This document shows positions 56,401-64,000 of a stretch of DNA of 64,000 nt, in pieces. The notes under the pieces are model-generated. The model was not told where the DNA came from. It was given only the letters and a program-made list of their open reading frames with translations, and did not search any database. Position 1 is the first letter of the stretch. Each line of letters opens with the position of its first letter. A program made the translations under genes and the position numbers. This stretch comes from Lytechinus pictus (lineage: Eukaryota). The stretch lies in NCBI RefSeq assembly GCF_037042905.1, contig NC_087263.1, positions 15,502,001 to 15,566,000 of the forward strand, written 5' to 3'.

Positions 56401-59400
56401 CATTTGCAAAATAAGAATTTTGTAAGCTCACATCAATTATATCAGTTAATATGAATGTAATAACCTGAATGCCGGGCGTAGGAGGCTGGATAACGTTAGG
56501 CTGGATAAATAGATGTTTGATTTTTTGGCACATCAGTTTTTAATAATGTAGGGGCAAATTAAATCTAAATTCATCATAAAAAATATGCCCAGGCCCAAAA
56601 TTCAATTGAATTCTTGAAATTATTTTTTTTTTCTAATTAAAAAGAGAATCTGTATATTTTTTTACCAATAGAGGGCCTCACAAAAATATGCTCAAAATTA
56701 AAGTTTTTGAGAGCTCTGGTGAACAAGAAAAATTATTCCTTACAGATTTAAATGAAAACAAATCACACCTGAATGAAACTGGGTGGGTTTTTGTCACAAA
56801 AGTGATATTTTAAAGACCTTTTTAAACTTTTGAATTGATAAATTAAGGTCGACTCTATGTAGGTCATCCTCTGGTGTGCTTTAAAAAGTGTAGGGAAATG
56901 CTACTTTTACATGCTGAAAATGCAAACAGTCCCTACCGTTGGAGCGGGCCGGACACCCGCTCGGCGCCCTCGTAGCTTTGATACTGATTTTTTATTATCA
57001 AAGGTTGGCAGGTATGCGTTTTGGTACAAGACTGTGCTTTTGCACATCAGGTGAATATATATCTTAAGCTTACCTGACATAGCAGAAAGACGTGGGGTCA
57101 GATGAATAAAATGTAGTAATTGATTTATAGACAAGTTTAGTACTCAATGTTGACATGTGAGGAGTCGTGATATACGAATTTTACTATACTTCATTCCACA
57201 TCTTTCCAGCTCCTCTGCCTCCTTTCAACCTCGACACACAAACTTTGCAGGAAGAATCTATATATTCCATAATTCTGTTGTGGACCAGGCCCCTGAGTAT
57301 CATTGACCACTACGAGCTGACGTACAGTCCAGCCGATGGACAGAGCGATAGGGTAATCACCCTGGACCCCAGCGCCTCGGCCTACACCTTCGGGGAACTG
57401 ACGCCCTCCACGACGTACAGGTTCACTATCAAGAGTGTGGCCGGTGAAGATCCTACACAGACGGAGAGTATGGAGGTTTTGGCGAGCCAGCAGACATGTA
57501 AGTCATCGTTTACATTCCATTTTATCTTGATTTTACTTCCAGTAAGCAATGTGTGGAGCATTGTGGCCCAGTAGATTAGACTCCTGACTTTGAAACAAAG
57601 GGTCTTGGAGTTTCCATTAGCAAGAAACTGATCCGCATTGTGCTGCACTTGACCAAGGAGAGGTAAATGGGTACCTGGCAGGATTAATTTCTTGAAATGT
57701 ATGTGTGCTGTAAATAATTATGGTCACCAAGCTAAAGCTGGGGTAACAATATCCAAGTCCTTTGGAAGTGGTACGTGACATTATAATCATAATGTGATAA
57801 AGGCTATACAAAAACTATTTATTGTATTTTTTTATTTGTATATATATAGAAAATGCGCTGCTTTTGTGAGAAAAAGTACTTGTTTTGCTACTAGATAATA
57901 TAACTTGCGATAAGAATATCTTGGACAGTGAATTACATGTAGAGTATGTGTTATCATTCAAGTGGGTCTATATTACAAGACTACACTGCTCAGGATGTTG
58001 CATTATGGGTAATGAACCTAGTCAGATAAAGGTACATGTAGCTGAGGACGTGAGATGGTGCCATTAAGGTCGCTGGTCCATAGCTCCTTTAAACTAATCA
58101 TTTTTTAAATCTCTCGTTGATAGTGTCATCCCCTCTTGGTGACCTCATCCTACGTCGTAAGACCACCGATTCCATCACCGTCACTTGGGGTATTGGAAAC
58201 ATTGCTGTCGGTGTTCCTGAGGGGAATTACGTTCTGAAGATCACGCCAGGCAACCGTGACGTGCTCGCGACCAACGAAGAGAGGAACGTTGAATTTGACA
58301 TGCTGGACGCGGCAACACTCTACACCATACAGCTTACAGAGGACGGCAATGTGCTCAGCAACCTCACAGTACTAACAAGTATGTTCTGTATTGATGAATA
58401 TACCATTTGTCAAACGATCTCTGTCTATCAAATTTGGATACTGGTAACAACTACGTTTTAATCAACAAGATTGTGTGTTACATGTACATTACCATGTGTG
58501 CGTCAACATTTAAACATGACTCTTAGTCATACTTAACTTTTTGTGAAAAAATTTCAGATGTTTTAAAATATTTTTTTTAATTTGTTTTTTCAGATTTGTT
58601 GGGTTTTTTTTTTCATGAAATCCTTTGCCCAAGAACATTCTCATGCTGTTTTTACTGCTTTTGTAAGTCAAATGATAAAACTATCATGCACACTCACCAT
58701 GAAAAATCACTTTCGATTTCTTTACTATGCAAGAGCTTGTAAACCCGGCCTTGGACTTCGGCGGTGACTTAGCGACCCTTGGCTATTTTTCAGAGGGGAA
58801 TATCATGCCTGTACTTTGTATCAGCTTATTTTGCACATCAATTATTCACAACAAGTGAAAATGATTACTAAAATGGTTTACTTTACCAATAATGCATGGG
58901 GAACAAATTCAATTAACGTAAGAAGACTGCAATTTAAACAGAGTCTTGAAATTTTTGCTTCTCATCATTTGAATGCTGACCTGCACCACGGTCTAATTCA
59001 AAACAGATTTCAGTATACGGTCCAAAGAACCTCTTGCATTCTCTTTACGACAGACCCTGTTTCACCGGCAATTTTGGGTATTCAGTCGGACGAGACGTCG
59101 GCTACAGTGTCTTGGAATCGATTTCTTGGTCACGACGTCGATAATTTTGAGGTGTATTACCGCAAAGCTTCCTCCATGGGCGAGTATACCCTAGCAGGTG
59201 AGGTGGACGGAGAGACGCAGTCACAGAGCCTCACCGGTTTGGATCCGTCCACAGAGTATGATGTTCAGGTCTTCAGCGTCGTCACAGTTGGTGATCAGAC
59301 AGCAAAAAGTGAACCAGCCGAAATGCCATTCACCACAGGTTAATCTTCCTTGCCTATTTCTAACAATCATTTTAGGATTTATTTGATAAATGTTAATTCC

Positions 59401-62400
59401 TCAAATTTGCAATATCTTAGGATTGATTCGATCAGTTTTTATCATGTAAAATTGCAGGCTTTACTTGATCAATTTTTAATCCTCAAACTATTAGTATTCA
59501 AAGCTTTATGTCAGCTATTTTTCCTTCCTCAATTTGGCAATAGCTAAGGTTTGTTTAGCCCAGCTTTTATTTGTATCATTTAATGGAGGTAATTGTTTAC
59601 ACTGTAGCTGTGTTTGTTTTTGCTTTCAGTGCAGTTATGCTCGATATGGTATATTATTGTCGTAATCTTTAATTTATCTATTCAACGTCACAGGTGCCTT
59701 CGATCAATTAGAGTTGAGTGTCACAGACGTCACGACCACCTCAGTCTCTCTTATATGGGGCACCTGGGAGGATCGAGACAACTTGCCAGACTTCACAAAT
59801 TATGAACTTAGTATCATTCCCCGTGATGTGAAAGAATTGGTGAGTTCTTAAAGACCGTCTTTTCGCGAAGACTGAAGCTTTCTCTTTTTGGAGGGGAGTG
59901 TTTTGTCCACATGTGTTACAACCGATTCATAAAGACTGAAATTTTCTCTTTTTAGGGGGCATTGTTTTGTCCACATGTGTGACAACTGAGAACCTGCCGG
60001 TATAACGTCACATTTCATTTGGTCATAGTTTGCCATGATGTTTGTTATAAAGTATAGGGAATGTGCTACTCTTTTGTCGTACACTATCAGAGAAAATAAG
60101 TGTACGTGTAGGTTTGCCTAATTTTATTGTTGGGCTTATAAGCTAGTTTGATATCTACGCACTCATGTTTTAGAAATAATATAATATCCATTTTAATTTC
60201 CACTCTGAGATTGATTTTAAGCCTTAAACTTATAACTCTCTGTAAAGCATCCTTCTTATATGCATCTTTGGGGTGCGTTGTGGTCTAGTGCTTATGACTC
60301 TCACCTTTTGATCTGAAGACGTGGGTTGGATTCCTATCCATGTCATGTTTTTCTTCAGCAAGAAATTTACCCACATTGTGCTGCACTCAACCCAGATGAT
60401 GTGATTGGGTAACCGGTGGGAAAAAATTCCTTGGATGCTTGAGCGCCTAGTATAATAATAATAGCAGGGACGCTGGGAGAACAATTTTGGGAACCGAAGT
60501 TGCTACCCTGGGCAAATATACTGTACCATTATTATTATTATCACATACATGTAGTCAGTTCTTGTATAGCGCATAACACATTATGAATAATGTCTCTATG
60601 TGCTTTCAAAGGACTTGGATATTATTACCCCGGCTGTAGCTCAAGCAGCTTTTACGCGCTCCGCATTTCAAGGAATAAATTCCTGCCAGGTACCCATTCA
60701 CCTCACCTGGGTTTAATGCAGCACAATGTGGATTAATTTCTTGCTGAAGGAAACTACGCCATGGCTGGGATTCGAACCTATGACCCTCTGTTTCGAAGTC
60801 CGTATTATCATAATTATTACTATCTTTTGTGTTGTAGATCCCCGGCCTGGATGAATTCAGAGCTACGTTTGACAGGTTGATACCTGGACAGGAATACACA
60901 ATTCAACTCAAATTTACCACTCTCGCTGAACCTGTGACTCAAATCGTCCAGAGGACTAGTATGTATTCCACACCTTCAGAAGTGCTGATCCCAACCCCCC
61001 CCCCTCGCTAATTGCCCCTTCTCTCACAGAGAACAAGTACACGTTATGTACAGTTTTAGAAGAGGCAATTATACCCCTGTCTAGCTAACGCCCCTCCCTT
61101 GTCGAGACTGAGTGCATGTATGTGTTGAATGGTTTTATAGGAGACGATCTACCCCCCCTGCTAATGTCCCCTCCCTCACAGAGAGGAATTGCACATTTTC
61201 AGAAGTGATGATACATGTACTAACTCCCCTCACTAAATGCACCATCCCTCACAGAGAAGAAGTACTTACACTGTACAGTTTCAGAAGAGGCAATTATACC
61301 CCTGTCTAGTTATTACCCCTCCCTCGCCGAGACTAAGTAGATGTATGTGTTGAATGGTTTTGAAGGAGATGATCTAACCCCCCCCCCTGCTACTGTCCCC
61401 TCCCTCACAGAGAGGAATTTCACATTTTCAGAAGTTATGATCCTAACCCCCATCATTACTTGCTTCTTCTCTTACAGAGAACAGGTACATGCAATGTACA
61501 CTCTTAGAAGCGGCAATTATACCCCTGTCTCGCTAACATCCCTCCCTCGTCGAGACTGAGTGCATGTATATGTTGAATGGTTTTGAAGGAGACAATCTAC
61601 CCCCCCCCTGCTACTGTCCCCTCCCTCACAGAAAGGAATTGCACATTTTCAGTAGTGATGATCCCAACTCTGCTCGCTAATTGCCCCATCCCTCACAGAG
61701 GACAAGAATGTTCTGCACAGGTTTTAGAAACGACAATCATACCCCAGTCTAGATATTGCCCCTCCCTCTTCGAGACTAAGTACATGTATGTGTATGTGAG
61801 GAATAATTTGATATGTGCTTTACAAGATTACTACAAAATGTGACATTTTCTGCTTATATCACAGAGCTAGACCAGTATTAAACTGGAGCTCATAACATGG
61901 GGCATTGGGTTCAGTTGTACTTGAACTTGTGTATTTCTTTCTTTTTTGCAGAACCTGGCCAGCCCTTATCTCTTACATCACCAAGAAGTAATTTTACAGT
62001 TATTGATCTTGCCTTTGAGCCTCCAATCGCTGGGTTTATTGACTTCTTTAAACTCATGTACTACCAGATAGATGGTAGTGAGCAGGTAAATGTATTTGGT
62101 TCTCTTCATTTAAAGGAAAATCCATCCCAAATAAAAAGTTGTCTTTAGAGGAACAAGAAAAAACAGACAAGTTGATAGGTGAAAGTTTGAAGAATATCGG
62201 ACAAAGAATAAGGAAGTAGTGAATTTTTCAAAAGTTGTAAATATTGGTAATCACTATACCAGTGGAGACTTCAAATTGGCCGCATTTGTGATGTCATAGT
62301 GAAGTAAGGGCAAGGAGTACTCATCTTTGTTATGCACTAAATAATCACCAATGAACATATATTGGTGAACATCATTTACCACAACAAAGGATCACCAGTC

Positions 62401-63955
62401 GCTCTTAACTTACGAACAGCTTTATAAAACACCCACCTGGTAACATAAGTGTGGTATGATTTATCATTCAAGTGGGCCTGTATTACTACACAGTTCAGAA
62501 TGTTACATTTATAGGCTGGTCATATGTAGGTAGTTTAGGACTGGAGGTGGCGCTATCATGAATGCTGGCTCGTTTCTCTTTTAAAGGGTATACGAACCTG
62601 AAGCCTAAATAGCTCCACCTCAAATACGTAACCGATACATGGCCAGGTTCACCTCATGCGAAATCTTGTACCATCGAACTCATGCCTAATCGCTATTCCT
62701 ATACTGTATCCTCACAGACGCCTATCATGGAGGAATTGTTAGCTGCTGATGAGACGTCGTTCTCAGTCGAGGGGTTGCAGCCAAACACATCCTACTACTT
62801 CAATCTGACTGCTAACAGCGGAACCCCAACGGACTTCACTACAAGCCTCCCAAGAGAAGCCATTTTCACCACCAGTAAGACAATAGCCAGTTTCGCACCG
62901 CAATGCAGAATACATTAAAGAACATAGAAAATGTATTGTCACATGACAAAGGGCAACCAAGAAGTCTTTGTTGAAATTCAGTGAATTGAAACAGCAGTTT
63001 CGTTCTGGACTCTGGACGAACGACACAGTTGCAGTTTTTCGTCAGCTCTGAATTTTGATTGAAAAATGATAATGATACAGTTATTAATTTTGGGTGGAAA
63101 CCCCCAAATTGCATTGGATTTGTAGGTGAACTTGTGTTTTTAAGAAATTTGAGTCTGACATGGACTTGAATGATTTTGTGTAATTTTGTAATTGCGTACC
63201 TGGGCATTGCAAAATTGATCTTAAAAGTTTCATGAGAGAAAAAAAAATTACTGAAACAGATTTTTTCACCAAAAAAAGTTGAGGGGGATTCTTTACTGCC
63301 CCCCTCCCATTGGACTATTAAGGTTAAAATCTTCATAATGGTACAAGGTAGATACACACACCTGAGGACTGTTTCAACAATATTTTTGTCTGACAAGTTG
63401 TCAGATTGGACAATTTTCCTTGATTTTGATTGGGCGAAAAGCGCTGCTATTACAGTAACTCTCAGATAAAATGGCCCTTTCTTTAATGGTGAAGACAACT
63501 GTCATACTTATCCTTTACAAGCAGTTAATAATGTTTTGGGAGTCAAATGAGCTGATACATTGAACCTCCACTGTTAAAGATTTATGTAACAACTGGCTTT
63601 TCATAGTTGAACCAGAACTTAAAACCAGAGTTTGAATTAAACCTGACTTAAGAATACGGGCCTTAACATTTTACCTTGTATTTTCATGTTTGATTAGGTG
63701 CTGTACCAGAGCAAACGGTTGTATCTGGCTCCATCACTTGCGACACCATCAAGATCTTCTGGTCGCCTGACCCACAAGACGATGTCCTGTACCGAATAGC
63801 GATTTCACCTGGCCCGTCCACCGACGAGTTCAGTCGTATGCCGGAATACACCTTCATGGAACTCGACGCAGCCACCGAATACACCATTTCAGTGGCCGCT
63901 GTGGCGTTTATTGCGAATTATCGCTCTGACTATGATCCACTAACTGTGCAGACCC
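5391..63955 (+). CDS. Multi-exon gene, 3' incomplete: secreted or type I membrane protein with signal peptide and at least 16 tandem FN3 domains (ectodomain resembles R3-type receptor tyrosine phosphatase, tenascin or usherin-like proteins)
   Basis: 19 coding exons assembled by eye with AG acceptors, GT donors (one GC) and compatible phases: 4492 nt, about 1497 aa, no internal stop. Modules show the FN3 pattern P..P..L...W/Y...Y...L.P...Y...V. No transmembrane or cytoplasmic domain lies in the window, so orthology cannot be assigned. Confidence 0.9.
6190..6432. mobile_element. MITE with CACT-type ends, TA flanks
   Basis: ta|cactgtaaaaactgcggtgtt...aacaccacagtttttgctgtg|ta; related element at about 12430-12652. 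Confidence 0.7.
8269..9632 (-). mobile_element. 5'-truncated L1/Tx1-clade LINE
   Basis: T-run at 8269 (polyA of minus strand); zf-RVT-like YCSFC...HILMNC..VKPLW and terminal KLHLQKW; 7-bp direct repeat ttcccac at 8262-8268 and 9633-9639. Confidence 0.8.
9880..10720 (+). mobile_element. Internally deleted pogo-like DNA transposon remnant
   Basis: MNYKRKTTRQTRDEEAMKGAIK (from 10453) resembles the psq HTH N-terminus of pogo-type transposases; repeated ggggca(a/t)a motifs at 9890-9925 and 10548-10555; ends approximate. Confidence 0.45.
10848..11030. repeat. Degenerate (CAT)n microsatellite
   Basis: Explains the poly-Ile and poly-Met ORFs in the track. Confidence 0.9.
11422..11574. mobile_element. 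MITE (Harbinger-like)
   Basis: gggctccgtatcacaacggttagcgattaatcg...cgattaatcgccaacctttctgtgacggggccc; related copy at about 39737-39893. Confidence 0.7.
11891..12040. mobile_element. MITE (Harbinger-like, CWG flanks)
   Basis: ggggtctgttgcagaaagagttgc...gcaactctttccgcaacgggaccc; near-identical copies at about 41243-41390 (inverted) and 47788-47934. Confidence 0.8.
12277..12802. mobile_element. Tc1/mariner-like MITE with a nested CACT-type MITE
   Basis: cagggtgtttctac...tagaaaaatcctg|ta imperfect TIRs; nested insert at about 12430-12652. Confidence 0.5.
13856..15889. mobile_element. Foldback-type element: inverted arms made of ~54-60 bp tandem units
   Basis: Outer ~105-bp non-repetitive inverted termini; about 20 forward and 12 reverse units, each with the palindrome TAGCGAACTAGTTCGCTA; inversion point near 15120; direct repeat ggggctta(c) at 13848 and 15890. 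Confidence 0.9.
16965..17287. mobile_element. MITE with 3-bp TSD (tct)
   Basis: gacccatattctgaagtcaggttt...cccgacttcagaatacgggcc; related ends near 41835 and 63662. Confidence 0.75.
17443..17630. repeat. Near-perfect 188-bp palindrome
   Basis: 91-bp arms (17443-17533 and 17540-17630) with one mismatch and a 6-nt loop. Confidence 0.95.
20198..20501 (+). CDS. Exon 2: end of signal peptide plus FN3 #1
   Basis: cttgcag|CTT acceptor; LAIAQTPGQVQGL...WQEP...YSFSVVAVN; CCAC|gtaagt, phase 1. Confidence 0.9.
21183..23217. mobile_element. Non-autonomous Tc1/mariner-like element hosting a Helentron-like insert
   Basis: ta|cagtgcgtatcaaaaaaaagtttacactttgaaaa at left; ttttcaaagtgtaaactttttgctacg at right, with the outer bases lost. 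Confidence 0.65.
21629..22734 (+). mobile_element. Helentron/HINE-like non-autonomous element, copy 1
   Basis: T-run, sub-terminal IR gtctcacctgcat...atgcaggtgagac, 5' hairpin gtctcac..gtgagac, (GGC)n tract, internal ~120-140 bp tandem units, ends cttgtt. Confidence 0.8.
24227..25165 (+). mobile_element. Kolobok-like end fragment interrupted by a piggyBac-like MITE
   Basis: ttaa|aggtcaagtccac...aaatttcatcaaaatcggatgtaaaataag continues after the insert as agtttcgcttatttttcacaaaacag; related fragments near 18630, 26955, 62112 and 3130-3390 (minus). Confidence 0.55.
24344..25118. mobile_element. piggyBac-like MITE
   Basis: TTAA|ccctaattctc...gagatttaggc|TTAA; internal sequence recurs at about 49965-50370 and, inverted and diverged, at about 38760-39400. 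Confidence 0.75.
25722..25985 (+). mobile_element. tRNA-derived SINE
   Basis: A-box-like tggtctggtgg, B-box-like ggtttgaatcc, core tgtgctgcactcaa...ggtgagtgaatgg, AT-rich tail. Confidence 0.7.
26272..26553 (+). CDS. Exon 3: FN3 #2
   Basis: ttttttaag|CT; PPYPVRNL...GLEVGVLYSFEVQSYS; ATAG|gtaagt; 282 nt, phase 1-1. Confidence 0.9.
27400..29330. repeat. Tandem array, ~110-125 bp diverged units
   Basis: Recurring gatcgtttg...cat(t/g/a)tcccgagtataaagggatg..caaac...acga.cgta motif. Confidence 0.85.
30150..30640. repeat. Tandem array, ~75-120 bp units
   Basis: Recurring gaagggtaaatttaaaactttcaattgcaacattcaaaactgaatta. Confidence 0.85.
32860..33415. repeat. Tandem duplication, ~270 bp
   Basis: gcgaaaggccgccgct..aaatacatctaaacgcacttcatattgtagtaagt occurs near 33100 and 33360 with matching upstream sequence. 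Confidence 0.85.
33513..34182 (-). pseudogene. C-terminal fragment of a DDE transposase with terminal C2H2 zinc finger
   Basis: Across two frameshifts reads IEHLWAPCTS/LTSVYLPSTLPGED/KPPCQQSGL...; IE.LW matches the catalytic-Glu motif of IS630/Tc1-type enzymes; ends in C-x4-C-x12-H-x4-H; N-terminal part absent. Confidence 0.65.
34185..35225. repeat. Tandem array, ~130-170 bp diverged units
   Basis: Recurring ttccgaagtatgtttttaacaatctaggac...tattccatcatttcat...ggg(t/c)cgga. Confidence 0.85.
35260..35900. repeat. Purine-rich (GAAA/GGAA) low-complexity tract
   Basis: Explains the F/S/L-rich and K/R/E-rich ORFs in the track. Confidence 0.9.
37661..37725 (+). pseudogene. Truncated FN3 exon (N-terminal 18 aa only)
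   Basis: Strong acceptor ctctctgcag|TT; phase-1 reading (V)PHTPGAIQIEDTTQTSI, then an A-run and TAA at 37723-37725, directly followed by a degenerate repeat 3' end. Confidence 0.7.
38155..38442 (+). CDS. Exon 4: FN3 #3
   Basis: ctcttgcag|CC; APLTPTV...DLVPSGTYDVEVAAVA; TTAG|gtaaat; 288 nt. Confidence 0.9.
39967..40233 (+). CDS. Exon 5: FN3 #4
   Basis: tttcag|AG; EPMMPGQL...VVWG...GLIAGTSYNVEL; ACAG|gtttgt; 267 nt. Confidence 0.9.
40276..41044. mobile_element. Tandem pair of same-family MITEs, the first carrying a nested insert (about 40320-40560)
   Basis: ctg|gggcccgtcttacaaag...ctttgtaagacggggcc|ctg|ggctccgtctgataaag...ctttgtaagacggggcc|cag; third copy at about 49151-49406. Confidence 0.8.
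42080..42349 (+). CDS. Exon 6: FN3 #5
   Basis: ctctacag|CA; APYAPASL...VEYTISVHSV; ATCG|gtaagt; 270 nt. Confidence 0.9.
42421..42515 (+). mobile_element. tRNA-derived SINE head
   Basis: tggtccagtggttagagc A-box and gagttcgaattcc B-box; no convincing acceptor stem. Confidence 0.6.
44089..45055 (+). mobile_element. Helentron/HINE-like element, copy 2
   Basis: Near-identical to 21629-22734, with a longer (GGC)n and about one internal unit fewer; ends about 76 nt upstream of exon 7. Confidence 0.85.
45132..45401 (+). CDS. Exon 7: FN3 #6
   Basis: catatag|AT; DEGLEGELNVTD...GLIPGVRYTLS; ACTA|gtaagt; 270 nt. Confidence 0.9.
45914..46068. mobile_element. MITE (Harbinger-like)
   Basis: ggggcctgtttgataaagagttgcaactgttgtaactttgcc...ggcaaagttacaacagttgcaatcctttatgaaacgggcccc. 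Confidence 0.75.
46141..46431 (+). CDS. Exon 8: FN3 #7
   Basis: cttcccag|GA; RPSPVSGL...GLLPDTSYQVTVYT; ACCA|gtaaga; 291 nt. Confidence 0.92.
47045..47305 (+). CDS. Exon 9: FN3 #8
   Basis: tttttcag|CC; TALPECSI...NLVPGQRYIVGI; ACAG|gtacgt; 261 nt. Confidence 0.92.
48135..48425 (+). CDS. Exon 10: FN3 #9 (GC donor)
   Basis: ttctgcag|AT; DPNSPTVL...SLRPDTPYTVSIWTV...EFTT; ACAG|gcaagt; 291 nt. Confidence 0.88.
48663..48941 (+). CDS. Exon 11: FN3 #10
   Basis: gactctag|AT; DALEPRQL...NLLPGQLYTISL; ACAG|gtaaga; 279 nt. Confidence 0.9.
51084..55870 (-). mobile_element. LINE of the CR1/L2 group, degenerate APE-RT ORF2
   Basis: APE motifs (NLRSL, ISETWL, GGGVAFY, IYRPP, IDNIF, SDHLPI) at 55616-54556; RT motifs (YRPISLL, QYGFR, DLSKAFD, GVPQGSILGPLLF, FADD) at 52974-51628; frameshift near 55075, deletion near 54555, stop at 51628; (AAAC)n tail near 51085; 5' end approximate. 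Confidence 0.93.
52979..54220. mobile_element. pogo/Tigger-like MITE inserted in the LINE
   Basis: TA|ccgtaagtaacagtgtattaaccgcacc...ggtgcggttaatacaccgttacttacgg|TA; removal restores in-frame SHGHDIISMSLLKEII. Confidence 0.92.
57210..57497 (+). CDS. Exon 12: FN3 #11
   Basis: ctttccag|CT; APLPPFNL...ELTPSTTYRFTIKSVA; ACAT|gtaagt; 288 nt. Confidence 0.92.
57554..57830 (+). mobile_element. tRNA-derived SINE
   Basis: ggagcattgtggcccagtagattag head; core cattgtgctgcacttgacc..ggagaggtaaatgggtacctggcagga. Confidence 0.7.
58124..58378 (+). CDS. Exon 13: FN3 #12
   Basis: gttgatag|TG; LSSPLGDL...VTWG...LDAATLYTIQL; ACAA|gtatgt; 255 nt. Confidence 0.88.
59054..59338 (+). CDS. Exon 14: FN3 #13
   Basis: tacgacag|AC; NPVSPAIL...GLDPSTEYDVQVFSV; ACAG|gttaat; 285 nt. 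Confidence 0.9.
59694..59839 (+). CDS. Exon 15: FN3 #14, N-terminal half
   Basis: gtcacag|GT; GAFDQLELSVTDVTTTSVSLIWGTWEDRDNLPDFTNYELSIIPRDVKEL; TTG|gtgagt, phase 1-0; absent from the ORF track. Confidence 0.88.
60270..60542 (+). mobile_element. tRNA-derived SINE
   Basis: tggtctagtg head, cacattgtgctgcactcaacccag core, (ATT)n tail. Confidence 0.7.
60565..60802 (-). mobile_element. tRNA-derived SINE, minus strand
   Basis: gggattcgaacc (reverse B-box) and tgcagcacaatgtg (reverse core). Confidence 0.75.
60838..60958 (+). CDS. Exon 16: FN3 #14, C-terminal half
   Basis: gttgtag|ATC; IPGLDEFRATFDRLIPGQEYTIQLKFTTLAEPVTQIVQRT; ACTA|gtatgt, phase 0-1. Confidence 0.88.
60975..61795. repeat. Minisatellite, ~225 bp unit, about 3.6 copies
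   Basis: Units start near 60978, 61201, 61429 and 61651 with recurring ggcaattatacccctgtct...cgagact. Confidence 0.9.
61952..62085 (+). CDS. Exon 17: FN3 #15, N-terminal half
   Basis: ttttgcag|AA; KPGQPLSL...DGSEQ; CAG|gtaaat, phase 1-0. Confidence 0.88.
62718..62874 (+). CDS. Exon 18: FN3 #15, C-terminal half
   Basis: cctcacag|ACG; TPIMEELL...GLQPNTSYYFNLTA...IFTT; ACCA|gtaaga, phase 0-1. Confidence 0.88.
63698..63955 (+). CDS. Exon 19: FN3 #16
   Basis: tgattag|GT; SAVPEQTVV...IFWSP...ELDAATEYTISVAAV...TVQT; ACCC|gtaagt; 258 nt. Confidence 0.9.
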
Positions 63956-64000
63956 GTAAGTTCAGTTTTACTATTTTGATAGATGTAGCAATTCAGGGCT

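Larger units (their letters stand above)
50400..57016. mobile_element. Non-autonomous TIR element with 6-bp TSD (hAT-like), hosting a LINE
   Basis: cgtttt|CATACCTGCCAACC...GGTTGGCAGGTATG|cgtttt; sub-terminal at(t/a)ccga repeats at the left end. Confidence 0.75.

Overview
Eukaryotic, AT-rich, repeat-dense genomic DNA; the repeat families look marine-invertebrate/echinoderm-like (inference). Most of the window is the 5' part of one large + strand multi-exon gene. A 15-codon first exon (5391-5435) splices to an exon at 20198 to complete a signal peptide (MDSRISIFIGFCLVS|LAIA-QTPG). It is followed by 16 intact fibronectin type III (FN3) modules on 18 exons, about 1,500 aa in total, and the gene runs off the right edge. 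Modules alternate between two sequence types. One expected module survives only as a truncated exon (37661-37725), and one intron has a GC donor. The introns hold a 2-kb foldback element built of palindromic ~57-bp units, a 9.9-kb TTA-flanked element with a Zator/IS630-like transposase remnant, a three-level nest (6-bp-TSD DNA element > LINE > pogo-like MITE), Helentron-like elements carrying DR1 motifs, L1/Tx1 and CR1/L2-group LINE fragments, tRNA-derived SINEs and many MITEs. No prokaryotic system or CRISPR array is supported. I cannot show from sequence alone that anything here is undescribed.
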